Source: Octopus sinensis
Lineage: Eukaryota
Assembly (NCBI RefSeq): GCF_006345805.1
Contig: NW_021836387.1
Location: 1-24,468, forward strand
Length of the DNA: 24,468 nt
Direction of reading: 5' to 3'
Shown: one piece after another, positions 1 through 10,768 of the stretch
Numbering within the stretch: position 1 is the stretch's first letter
Layout: each line of letters begins with the position of its first letter
The notes under the pieces: model-generated
Told to the model about the DNA's origin: nothing
Database searches by the model: none
What the model saw: the letters and a program-made list of their open reading frames with translations, nothing else
Translations under genes and position numbers: made by a program

Positions 1-95
1 CAACAACAATAATAATGATAATAATAGTAATAATAATAATAATAACAACAATAATAACAACAACAACAACAATAATAATAATAATAATAATAATA

Positions 96-133
<38 letters not shown>

Positions 134-136
134 GGC

Positions 137-197
<61 letters not shown>

Positions 198-210
198 TTT
201 TATTTGTAAT
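1..210. repeat. (AAT)n/(AAC)n trinucleotide microsatellite
   Basis: Direct reading; it explains the poly-Ile/Thr ORF 15..209. Confidence 0.97.
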
Positions 211-457
211 AATGATATATAGGAGGAAAAGAACACGAGAAGAAAAAAAACGAGTGAAGAGGAAATAGAGAGGAAGAGAGACCGAAAGACAAAAGGGTTT
301 GGAAGTGATGTAGAAGATGAAGAGAGTGAGAGAGAGAGAGAGTGGGAGGGAGAAAGGCGTGTAAAACCATTTTATCATTAAGGAAATGCTGATTAATTTG
401 GTATGAAATCTATTGGAAGAACATGACCTATTAAAGAAACCTACATACTACATATAA

Positions 458-458
458 A

Positions 459-499
<41 letters not shown>

Positions 500-948
500 G
501 GGGGGGCGTGTGTGTATGTGTATATATATTATATATATGTGTATATGTGTGTGGGCTGTGGGCATGTGTTGTATATATATGTATGTATATGTGCCTTTGC
601 AAGTGTGTGTATGTATATATACATGGAATCAGAGGTACACAGATATAGTACCGCGGTCTCATTAATATTATATATATATATATATAGATATATATATATA
701 TATATATATATAATAAATATACATATGCGTGCACACAGATAGTTTACCTAAAGAAATTTGTGCGCATGTGTGCGTGCGCTCGTGTGTGTAAATGTGTGTT
801 TGTTTGTATGTGTTTGTGCATGTGCACGTGTGTACGAATGTTATTTTGTGTCTGATCTAATCTACTGAGATGAACTACGTTTGTAAGTGCAATTGCGTGT
901 GGCATTTGTATGCAATATAAGGCAGTGTATCTATGTGTATGCATTTGC

Positions 949-991
<43 letters not shown>

Positions 992-1084
992 ATATATATA
1001 CAATATATATAGCATATGAATATATACACACACACACACACATATATTATATATATATATATATCTATATATGAATATATACAT

Positions 1085-1118
<34 letters not shown>

Positions 1119-1200
1119 ATATATATTATATATATATATTATATATATATATATATATAATTATATATATGTATATATACGTATGCACGTTCTTTATGTA
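458..1200. repeat. Compound (TA)n/(TG)n/(CA)n microsatellite field
   Basis: Direct reading; it accounts for all the IY/VC-rich ORFs here. Confidence 0.95.
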
Positions 1201-1851
1201 CATTGGCAGTCCGGGTTTACTATTGATTATAGCTATCAACCCGATCGAAGTCAGTAGCAGTAGTAGCAGCAGCAGCAGCAGCAGCTGCTGCTGATGTAGT
1301 CAGGTAAAAATCTGTAGAACTAATTTCATTAGAAAGAAACATAAGAATTTTATTTATTTCTTTTTATTTTGCTAAAAACTTTAGAAAATTAGGCTCTTAA
1401 CGCCTTATCAATGCATGCAGGTCTAGAGCGGAATGTTTCCTATTGGAGGAACAATGATTTTCGCTTGAGATGGAATGAAAAAAAAAATGGGAAACATGGC
1501 GTAGGTTTAAGAAAACTGGGTTATTGTTGATTTTGTAATTTCAATGTTGTTCTCCTTATGTTGAAATTCCCTACTGTTTGTCTGCCACTACAAGAAGCTA
1601 ACTCACTCACAGACACACTAACGAGCCCAGGACTCCGTACACATCCTGCCTCTTGATAACTACGGGTCGTGATACTCATTGCACTAGACTACTGCAAGCT
1701 TGTAGGACGAGAGGAGCGGAGCTCACTGTGCAGAAACCATGCCTACTATGATAATGAATCCCTATTGCCTTGTAGAGTAATTTATTGAGCTTCCCCGAAA
1801 GGGTCTTGTGATTTGACCCCTACAGAAAATCTGGAATGACGCATCATTATA

Positions 1852-1898
1852 GGCGTAGGAGTGGCTGTGTGGTAAGTAGGTTGCTTACGAACCACATG
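1852..1898 (+). mobile_element. SINE family A head fragment (GGCGTAGGAGTGGCTGTGTGGTAAG...)
   Basis: Matches the heads at 7635, 16156 (minus), 22668 and 23643 (minus); contains the A-box-like TGGCTGTGTGG; ends before the B box. Confidence 0.85.
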
Positions 1899-2068
1899 TG
1901 CCATCCCATCGTCATTCATGACCGAAAAAAGCTAACGAATTTTCCAGCTCTTCACATTCAACAGCCTTTTACAATCTGTTTGATATCTGATACAGTTTTT
2001 ACTACTGATGCACGAATTATTTGATATCTGACGCACTTAAATTACATTGATCTACGTTTAAAAAAAAA

Positions 2069-2379
2069 GGGTCTCCCCTTCGGTCATGAATGACGATGGG
2101 CTTGCGCATATAATGTTACCTTCCGAGGCACAAGTCCGGGAAATATTGTGTTTTATGGAAGATCAACAATTACCCATGCATACCGACACCTCCTCTCCAC
2201 GCCACCTTCGTTATCCAAGGGAAAGACAAAGGCTGGCACAGCTTGGCACCAGTGACGTCGCAACTGATTTCTACAGCTGAGTGGACTGGAACAACATGAA
2301 ATAAAGTGTCTTGCTGAAGAACACAACACACAGCTCGGTTCGAGAATCGAACTCACAACCTCATGATTGTAAGCCCAAC
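2069..2379 (-). mobile_element. tRNA-derived SINE family B with a probable RTE-type tail, 5' truncated
   Basis: The minus strand has the B box GTTCGATTC and a core (TGTGTTCTTCAGCAAGACACTTTATTTCATGTTGTTCCAGTCCACTCAGCTG) shared with 12185-12440. The RTE resemblance of the tail is from recall. Confidence 0.8.
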
Positions 2380-2941
2380 CAAAAAGCAACGTTTGTGTAT
2401 AAGACCAAAGAGTTAAAGTACTGCAATGAGTATAGTTAAGCGAGGTTGCTGTACGTGGAATGTAAAGCGCAAGATGATTGATATCCATACGTACAAGAAA
2501 CCTTTTATAACACCCTCGTTTCTTTAATATGTTGTCATAAGACTGTGCGTCTGCTTAGACTTGCAACATCAATTGCAATTTGTTCGAGAATTTCAAAACA
2601 ATGCTGGAAGCCAAAATTCTCCCGAGGAATGTAAGTGAGAAAATGTGCAACAGCCTTATTATCTAATATCCATTGCGAATAACTACCGTTAGCTAATCAG
2701 TGAAAGATGTGCCTGGTGTTACACCGACACTTGAAGAAAACTAATTGATTTCTTTCCGTTGTTCTACGATAGTTTTCGAAACGTTTCCATAATCACTATG
2801 AATTCCTTACAATATTGCTGAAGACATATATGAAGATTTTCTTTCTACTAGATTACATTAATTTAGCAACGGAGATTAACGAAACAAGTCTAGTCGGCAA
2901 ATGATTCAAGATTTTCAATGTAGTTGGTTCAGAACCAAGTA

Positions 2942-3072
2942 TTGTGTTGTCCGGAAAGTTTCTGCCGATTTTTAAAGGAAAGAAAAAGGTCAATAAATAC
3001 TTGCCATTACGTTTTTAATCAACCAAATATGAACCATTTTCTTGCACAATGCATCTCCATCTTTCCTTTAAC
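2942..3072 (-). mobile_element. Mariner 3'-end fragment (one TIR plus the transposase C-terminal codons)
   Basis: TA at 2940-2941 is followed by TTGTGTTGTCCGGAAAGTTTCTGCCGATTT; about 120/131 identical to 19829-19959 by hand alignment. Confidence 0.9.
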
Positions 3073-3303
3073 GTGTGTGTCTGTGTCTGTGTGTGGATGT
3101 ATGTTTGTGTCTGTCTTTGTCCCCCCACCATCGCTTGATGACCGATGCTGGTGCGTTTACATCCTCAGCAAAAGTAACCGATAGAATAAGTACTAGGATT
3201 ACAAACAAGAAGTCCTGGGGTTGATTTGTTCGACTAAAGGCGGTCTCCAGCATGGCCGCAGTCAAATGACTGAAGCAAGTAAAAGAATGAAAGAACAAAA
3301 GAA
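3073..3303 (+). mobile_element. SINE family A, 3' half
   Basis: CATCGCTTGATGACCGATGCTGG...CAGCATGGCCGCAGTCAAATGACTGAA...GTAAAAGA matches 18790-19000. Confidence 0.9.
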
Positions 3304-3313
3304 TATATATATA

Positions 3314-3618
3314 TCACCGTGACCGTCACCGTGACCGACCAGGCTATCAGATGTTGCTACACATCGCTGGTCACAATGCGCTTCGCATTGTTTTAGCCTT
3401 CAAAAGATGCCATCCCGCTGGCTAAGCGGGCAGGCCAGCAGAAGAAAGAGTGAGAGAAAGTTGTGGCGAAAGAGTACAGCAGGGATCGCCACCACCCCCT
3501 GCCGGAGCCTCGTGAGGCTTTTAAGTGTTTTCGCTCAATAAACTCTCACAACACCCGGTCTGGGAATCGAAACCGCGATCCTCCGACCGCGAGTCCGCTG
3601 CCCTAACCACTGGGCCAT
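3314..3618 (-). mobile_element. tRNA-derived SINE family D, well preserved, inside (TA)n
   Basis: The minus strand starts ATGGCCCAGTGGTTAGGGCAGCGGACTCGCGGTCGGAGGATCGCGGTTTCGATTCC (A and B boxes), is CpG-rich and ends in GGTCAC/GGTGAC repeats; TA tracts flank both sides. Confidence 0.85.
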
Positions 3619-3641
3619 ATATATATATATATATATAGAAT

Positions 3642-3727
<86 letters not shown>

Positions 3728-3728
3728 T

Positions 3729-3767
<39 letters not shown>

Positions 3768-3780
3768 GTATATATATATA

Positions 3781-3811
<31 letters not shown>

Positions 3812-3845
3812 ATATATATATTATAATATATTATATATATATAAT
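3617..3845. repeat. (TA)n microsatellite, imperfect
   Basis: Direct reading. Confidence 0.97.
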
Positions 3846-4683
3846 ATAACTTTGCATTTGTGATTTTTTAATGTTTTTACCCCCATACCTTCGTGAGTTG
3901 GTTTGAGCAAACACTATCTGAGAGAGATCTTCTTTAAGTATTAGAAATGGCTAAAGAAATTTCTTTAGCTGCTATTTCTAATGAGTTCAGTATGTGGCAA
4001 AGTAATTTATTTTACTAAGCCCTTATATATAATGTAATATTTTGAAATCGCCTTAAATGGTCCCTTTACATACTGAATACTTGGTGAAATTGATTAATAA
4101 TTAATTAATTTTACCCTCAATTGTTAAATTATTAATTCATTTCTCTGTTTAATGCTTCGGTTTTCACCGATAAAACATAGTGTTTGCCAATTTTAACCCA
4201 CGCTGGTGGAAAGGGGGAGAGCAGAAATTTTCGCTTGCATATATTTGAATTTGTTAGCACTGTTAGTTCGAGCGGATCTCCGGAGGTGATAAGAAGCCAA
4301 AAGGGTATGCCCCCACTTTCAGTGTTCCCAAATCCGAATCAAGGAGTTCTGAGCTGACGAAAGAAATGTCGATTTGACTAATCTAGAAACGTACGTTCTC
4401 AAATAACCTTTGCATTTGTGATTTTTTAATGTTTTTACCCCCATACCTTCGTGAGTGGTTTGAGCAAACACTATCTGAGAGAGATCTTCTTTAAGTATTA
4501 GAAATGGCTAAAGAAATTTCTTTAGCTGCTATTTCTAATGAGTTCAGTATGTGGCAAAGTATTTATTTTACTAAGCCCTTATATATAATGTAATATTTGA
4601 ATTCGCCTTAAATGGCCCTTTACATACTGAATACTTGGTGAAATTGATTAATAATTAATAATTCCCTCAATTGTTGAAATTAT
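3846..4683 (+). mobile_element. Partial tandem (A-B-A) element bounded by (TA)n; probable Penelope-like or retrozyme-like insertion
   Basis: 3846-4132 is repeated at 4403-4683 (offset 557 at the start) and differs mainly by 1-nt indels. The spacer ends in a hammerhead-like motif. Confidence 0.6.
4341..4411 (+). ncRNA. Type I hammerhead ribozyme-like motif, degenerate stem II
   Basis: TGAG (4350-4353), CTGACGA (4354-4360), imperfect stem AGA/TCT plus GTC/GAC, GAAA (4386-4389), C-GTAC-G, GTT, CTCA; distal AAGG/CCTT pairing. Confidence 0.55.
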
Positions 4684-5407
4684 ATATATATATATATATA
4701 GATATAATAAACTTACTGTTAACAAACATCGGGGTGCGTGGCGTTCACTTACATATTAAATGAAGAATGCATATAAATACTACAAAACGAATACGTAGGA
4801 CGGACACAGAAGGATCCTAATTCTTCGTCAGTTATCGACCAAAAGTACTATTACTCAGTTTCGTGCCTTTAACGATAAGACTGAGAACTTCGTATATCGG
4901 CGGCACCCGCAAGATTTGCGGAGAGTTAGGGCTTCGAACAAACAAGACAATACGCTGTGGACATACGAAAGTAAACAAATGTAATTTTAAGCGATAGACG
5001 CAGAGACAATACATAAAGCATTAATAAATCTCCGAACGAGATATAAACAGTTACCGCTCGACAACGTAAAGTGTACTAGCCATCTGAATGTGGCTAGCCA
5101 CTGGGGGTGGGGTGTTACTGACGCTTTTAGCCCCAGGAGACCGACGTCTCCAGCTGGCCTTAGACACAATTTCAGTGCCCTTGTGTTATTTGCAAAGGGA
5201 GCCTTTCGGTCAAACACGTCATTGATGGGAAACGCCTAGAAGAAATCCTGAATGGATATAAAAGAAGAGGAATAGTAAGAGAGGAGAACATTTTGACCAG
5301 CAGGCTAAGTGTCTGGGGGGAAAAAAGGCAGAAATGGGAAAATTAGTCACGGGTCGCGCGTGGGCGGTACATAGATGGGAAGGAGGGTGAGAGAGTGGGA
5401 GAGAGAA

Positions 5408-5605
5408 ATTAGTTGACGGAAACTGTGTGGAAACCCGTCGTGTATATATGTGCGTGCGTGTGCGTGTGTTTCTGTTTCTTAGACCCCACTGTTTGACACT
5501 CGGTGTTGGTTCGCTTACATTCTCTTGAATTAGCGGTTCAGTAATAGAACTGATAGAAATAAAACCGATAGAATATAATAGAATCGATACAATAAATATC
5601 TGGTT
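5408..5605 (+). mobile_element. Degenerate SINE family A-related middle segment
   Basis: GACGGAAACTG..GAAACCCGTCG, then a TG tract, then TTTGACACTCGGTGTTGG...TTAGCGGTTC, collinear with 18720-18880. Confidence 0.65.
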
Positions 5606-5646
5606 CCTAGAAAAGATGTATGTTCCACATTATGGATGCATCTACG

Positions 5647-5698
5647 AAACAAAGCACTCTCTCCTTCTCTCTCTCTCTCTCTCTGTATCTATCTGTCA

Positions 5699-5770
<72 letters not shown>

Positions 5771-5917
5771 GTCTATCTAGCTATCTCTCTCATTTGATAT
5801 ATATATATATATATATGCATGTGTCGGCGTGTGTGTACGTAAGTATGTATGTATGTATGTATGTATGTATGTATGTACGTATGTCTGTGTGTGCATGTGC
5901 ATGTGCGTATATATAGG

Positions 5918-5991
<74 letters not shown>
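5647..5991. repeat. Compound (TC)n-(TCTA)n-(TA)n-(GTAT)n-(GATA)n microsatellite
   Basis: Direct reading; it explains the LSIY ORFs. Confidence 0.95.
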
Positions 5992-5992
<1 letters not shown>

Positions 5993-6851
5993 TTGTCCGA
6001 TTAAAACCTTCCATAACGTGCTGCAGCACGGCCGAAGGCAGATCACTAAAATAGATAAAATATAAAAGATTAAAAAAAAATTGCCAAGAAACAAGGCAAG
6101 AGAAATTGAAGATTTCACAACGTTTCGAAGATCATCTTTATCAGCTAAAGAATAGAATGTAAATAATGGCAGACAGAGTTTTAACCTAAGGCTATATAAT
6201 AAATAATAACACAATCAGCCTCTGAAATATAAATTAATCATTTTACATATACTTAACACTTGAACAGAGAAGAGAAAAAATTCTATCTACCTATGAATGT
6301 ATGCATCCACCGACGACTTAACTATTTACCTTAGTAGCAATGATGAAATTGACAAAGAAAGGTTAACACATAATAATGTCAAAATGTGCGTTATTGACGT
6401 ATGTTAAAAATTAATGTCTCCATCGTTAGAGTATAGCGAAATGAAGCTATCATAAAATCAAAGACAGGGCCTTCTCCACTAGATTTAAGTTGACAAAACA
6501 CAATAAAGCTTCGGTAAACTGAAATATGTGCACCTTATTCGCATCTGCTCCTATATCTCTATGAAATAGCCATCAGTTCATCATACCTTTTAACCCAAAA
6601 TTATTACACACACGCACGTACACACAAACACACACACACACATATATATATATGTGAATTTTTCCCTTGTTAACAATTAACACGGAAAAAATATTTAAAT
6701 ATTTACCCGGGTAGCAAAAAGATCACACAAGTAAAAAGGTTGTAACTCCTTGTTTTTAAAGGTAGAAACTTCGGGTTTACGTGAAATATTTTGTGTAAGA
6801 TATATAAATAAATAAATGGAGTTGAACGCAGGTGTTATTCAAATTCTTTTA

Positions 6852-6940
6852 CTTCTGACACATGTTTTGAAGATATCACTGGTTTTGTTCCAAAGGAATA
6901 AAATGGTGTAGAATAATATAATCTTCTCTTCAGGGAAATG
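6852..6940 (-). ncRNA. Type I hammerhead-like motif with G12>A (CpG decay) in a Penelope-like pLTR remnant
   Basis: Minus strand: CTGAAGA, GAAGAT...ATCTTC (6-bp stem II), AAAA (expected GAAA), CATGTGTC, AGAAG. Downstream CTGCGTTCAACTCCATTT (6814-6831) matches the 8-kb palindrome arms at 17/18. Confidence 0.55.
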
Positions 6941-7577
6941 AAAAAATGAAACTCGTCAATAAAAATATATATATGAGGAAGAAAACAAGTAGGGTTCAAA
7001 ATTCATAACAGCTGTTTCAGCAACATTTTGCTGATGCATTCATGAAGTAAATTTTAAACACCTAAGAATTGGAAACTAAAACTAGATGATCCGTACACCA
7101 ACGACCATGATGAGTAAGTGATATCATGAAAAGCATAATTCAATTTATAGATGAAATGAAACGGAAATCCAAGAGGAATTAGGCCAAATCTATCGTACAT
7201 CTATGTACGTATATATGTATGTATGAATCTACCTATCTTTCTATCTATCTATTTATCTGTCAATATGTACGTATATATATATATATATATTAAGTTAGGC
7301 GTAAGAGGTGAAGATAGGTTTCTTTGACTTTCGTATGATTACAGCTGTTTCGTAAGCTTTTTCATGTAATATAATTAATGTCAGTTTCTCAAATTATATG
7401 TACATGATTGCATAAATATGTATGTTTCACATTATGGATGCATCTACGAGACAAAGCTATCTCCCCTTCTCTCTCTCTCTCTCTCTCTATCAATCTATCT
7501 AGCTAGCTAGCTATCTCTCCCAGTTCATATATATGCGTGTGTCAGCGTGTGTGTATGTATGTAGGTATGTGTGTGTA

Positions 7578-7634
<57 letters not shown>

Positions 7635-7637
<3 letters not shown>

Positions 7638-7769
7638 TGCAGGAGTGGCTGTGTGGTAAGTAGCTTACATCTCAACCACGTGGTTCTCAGTTTAGTCTTC
7701 TACTATAGTCTCAGGCCGACCAAAGCCTTCTGAGTGGATTTCTTAGACGGAAACTGAAAGAAACGCGTC

Positions 7770-7772
<3 letters not shown>
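7635..7772 (+). mobile_element. SINE family A 5' half (internal deletion across the B box)
   Basis: AGGTGCAGGAGTGGCTGTGTGGTAAGTAGC...GCCGACCAAAGCC...GACGGAAACTGAAAGAA, ending at the internal TA tract. Confidence 0.88.
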
Positions 7773-7812
<40 letters not shown>

Positions 7813-7982
7813 ATATAATATATATTATGTGAAATAGAAAGATGAATAATCTTGTAGTAGATTAATCAAAAGTTTAACCGATACCTTAGTAGCAAAAATC
7901 ACAGCAGTAAACAGCACGGTTGGAGGTACAACCATATGGTGTTGCAACGGTGCGTTGGTGCGGATAATTGAAATTAAAACAT

Positions 7983-8410
7983 TATTGGTGAATTGAAGAA
8001 ATGGAGCTGAACGCAGATTGAACAGAAATCGTTTTATTTCATTCTACACGTGTTTCGAAAGGCACAAATTACCAAAATCCGATTGAATAATGGGACCATT
8101 GTGTCTTTCTCTTCAAGAAGAAAATAGGAAATCCGTTGGAAAAACAAAAACAGAACAGAGGCGGAGCAAACAAATCGAACTATGCTCCTAAGAGCCCGCC
8201 ATGGGCTCTTAGGAGCATAGTTCGATTTGTTTTTGCTCCGCCTCTGTGTTTTTGTTTTTCCAACGGATTTCCTTATTTCTTCTTGAGAGAAAGACACAGT
8301 ATGGTCCATTATTCAATCGGATTTTGGTAATTTGTGCCTTTCGAAACACGTGTAGAATGAAATAAAACGATTTCTGTTCAATCTGCGTTCAGCTCCATTT
8401 CTTCAATTCA

Positions 8411-8416
<6 letters not shown>
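7983..8416. repeat. 434-bp fold-back palindrome (arms about 215 bp, 5-nt loop GCCAT at 8198-8202)
   Basis: Arm 7983-8197 is the reverse complement of 8203-8416 apart from a few small indels and substitutions. Confidence 0.95.
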
Positions 8417-8459
<43 letters not shown>

Positions 8460-8461
<2 letters not shown>

Positions 8462-8703
8462 ATGTGTATGTATGTATGTATGTGTGTGTATGTGTGTGTA
8501 TGTGTGTGTGTATTTGTGTTTGTAGTGTTGCTTTGTTTACCTCTCCGAACCTAGCAGTTCGGCAAAAGAAACTGATGGAATAGGTACCATGCTTACAAGG
8601 AGTAAGTCCTGAGGGGGCGGGATTTCTGCGACTCAAAACTCTTTGAGTCGGTGCTCCAGTATGGCCGCAGTCAGATGCCTGAAACAAACAAGCAACAGAA
8701 TAC
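8460..8703 (+). mobile_element. SINE family A 3' half, diverged
   Basis: CCTAGCAGTTCGGCAAAAGAAACTGAT...GGTGCTCCAGTATGGCCGCAGTC matches 18840-18970. Confidence 0.82.
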
Positions 8704-9259
8704 TCCTAATAGTTTATTATAATTCACAGTAAAAACTAAATCAAATAATCTGAACTCGAGCGCATTTATTACATTACTCGTATTACACTCTTTTATGGTG
8801 GTGGCCCAATGACTGGTCTAGGCCTATCATAAACCCCCACTAACTTTGATCATAGTTTGTGAATCATGACTTGGTTATCATAGACTGGACTAATACGCGT
8901 GCCGACTCATTGCATCAGAAAAGCAAATTGCTTTTGTTTAATACATATAAATGTTATTACATCAGACGATTGATAGAAAATTATGTTTGGAATTAGTAAA
9001 CTACTGCACCGTCAAAATTCAACTGAAGCGAGAGAACGGTAAGCCCTTTGTGCACGACTTTTGGTTACTATGCTGTGTGTTGTACATAAAAGTACACGTT
9101 TTACAGTTCACTAGTCTTGTAACTTTTAATTAACAGTATATTATTATAATTCTATGATTATTCAAACTTTTCCATGTTGTCTTCTGCAAGACAGTCATGC
9201 GTTATGAACTCAGGAAATTTTTATCATCTGCCTCCCAATCCTATACAGTTTAATGTTTT

Positions 9260-9270
9260 ATTTTACTATC

Positions 9271-9306
<36 letters not shown>

Positions 9307-9368
9307 TGTATGTATGTATGTATGTATGTATGTATATGTATATATGTATATATATTATATATATATAT

Positions 9369-9404
<36 letters not shown>

Positions 9405-9480
9405 GTGTGTGGTGTGTGTGTGTACGTATGTATATACAAATCTCCTCTCTCTCTATGTCTATATCTCTCTCTTTCTCTCT
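9260..9480. repeat. Compound (GTAT)n/(TA)n/(TG)n/(TC)n microsatellite
   Basis: Direct reading. Confidence 0.95.
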
Positions 9481-9767
9481 CGCTATGTAGCAAAGTCACT
9501 GTCTATGTCCGGTTATAGGTTGACCATTGGTTTCGCATCCACAGTGGTTTCTCATCCACACAGGGCTAAACTCCATGGACGTCTTATCAGGCTCTAAACC
9601 CGAAGGAAAATGTGACTCTTCACGCCTGGGAAAAAGGACTCCGTTACGGTCATTTGGTCAATAAGTCACCAAAGTATAAATATTCTGGGTCCAGCGAAGA
9701 TGGGTTATCTCCCTTCCACCAGCTATGTAGACCAAAATAGAAGTAAGAGATTTTTTCTGTTGGTCTG

Positions 9768-9815
<48 letters not shown>

Positions 9816-9835
9816 CGTGTGTGTGTGTAAATATG

Positions 9836-9884
<49 letters not shown>

Positions 9885-9972
9885 TATGAACTTGTGCATG
9901 CGTGTGTATCGTGTTTGTCCCTATCACCGGTTGACAACCGGTGTGTAGTTTTAATAACCTCCCGGTAACTTA

Positions 9973-10585
9973 AATGAGGGCTCTGGCATTCAACATGCAA
10001 GTATGAAAGAGAAGACCAGGAAGGAGTGTTACAGGAGAGTTCGAGTAGTCCTAAAATCCGACTTAAATGCACGTAACATGGTGTTAGCTATAAATACTTT
10101 AGCAGTCCGTTTGTTATATGCAGTTCAATCTGTTGAAATGGAAATGAACAAATAAGAAACATTGACAGAAAAATCTACAACCTACTGACTTGCAATATGA
10201 TGCACCACCCAAAGGCAGACGCAGGTTATCTTTACCTACCCAGAGATCAAGGAGGTCGACGCTTGATCCAGTTGGAAACCTCCTACGAAACCACCGCAGC
10301 TGGACTGGCAAAATATGTTGAAACATCTAACGACTGGATGCTTTAGCTTGTTGAAAGCCATGAAAGACGTAAGAAGCTTCATTCTGTTAGGAAGAAAAGC
10401 AAAATATTTTCATGTGAGTAAATGCATAATACGCAGTTTGAAAAGCATGAGGGAAGTGCAGCAACTGCAGTTGCAAAGGTGAAATCAACAGCAAAGCAAA
10501 ACGTGCTTGAACAATTGGCTGATAGGTGGGAACAAAACATCTGTAGGGCAAATATGTGGACCGTAGCAAACAAGCTGATGTAGAT
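9973..10585 (+). mobile_element. Degenerate R4/Dong-like non-LTR retrotransposon fragment (region downstream of the RT core)
   Basis: Hand translation across frameshifts gives GIQHASMKEKTRKECYRRVRVVLKSDLNARNMVLAINTLAV ... MHHPKADAGYLYLPRDQGGRRLIQLE ... DWML*LV ... RWEQK. HHPKAD..LYLPR..GGRGL is characteristic of R4/Dong-type ORFs. Confidence 0.8.
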
Positions 10586-10589
10586 TTTT

Positions 10590-10765
10590 CCCCCCGTCTT
10601 CCCTTCCTTGGATCTTTCCTTTTTCTATGTTTCTGACGAAGAGCTCCGCTCGAAACGTTAAATCCTCATTCTTTCTTTCCTTTCCTGAGCGTCCAATAAC
10701 ACTATACTTGTTCCACGTCCCCGCATTGTTGTGTTTTCTCTTTGTGTTTTCATATTTGGATTTAC

Positions 10766-10768
<3 letters not shown>
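10590..10768 (+). mobile_element. Short hammerhead-bearing element ending at (TA)n; probable Penelope-like pLTR remnant
   Basis: The downstream CCTGAGCGT..AATA..TTGTT..CAC block resembles 15728-15885 and 18052-18232; it abuts the (TA)n at about 10767-10850. Confidence 0.55.
10629..10663 (+). ncRNA. Minimal hammerhead ribozyme-like motif, Penelope type, intact core
   Basis: TTT, CTGACGA (10633-10639), A, GAGC-TCC-GCTC, GAAA (10652-10655), CG palindromic helix III, GTT, AAA. Confidence 0.7.

Noticed and set aside
15-1294. ORFs rich in I/Y/T/S in the first 1.3 kb, including the (AGC)n poly-Ser tract
   Set aside because: They are translations of simple repeats with no domain signal.
3846-4683. 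TRIM or LTR retrotransposon
   Set aside because: No TG...CA termini, primer-binding site, polypurine tract or short TSD is visible.
4780-4855. Hammerhead on the minus strand (CTGACGAA plus a GAAT/ATTC stem)
   Set aside because: The stem is followed by GTTT instead of GAAA, and there is no helix III.
6120-6150. Hammerhead on the minus strand (CTGATAAAGATGATCTTCGAAACGTT)
   Set aside because: G8 is missing, stem II is only 2-3 bp and stem I does not pair; kept only as a possible decayed remnant.
7337-7380. GAAACAGCTGTA on the minus strand as a hammerhead
   Set aside because: Only the 3' half is present, with no recognisable CUGANGA.
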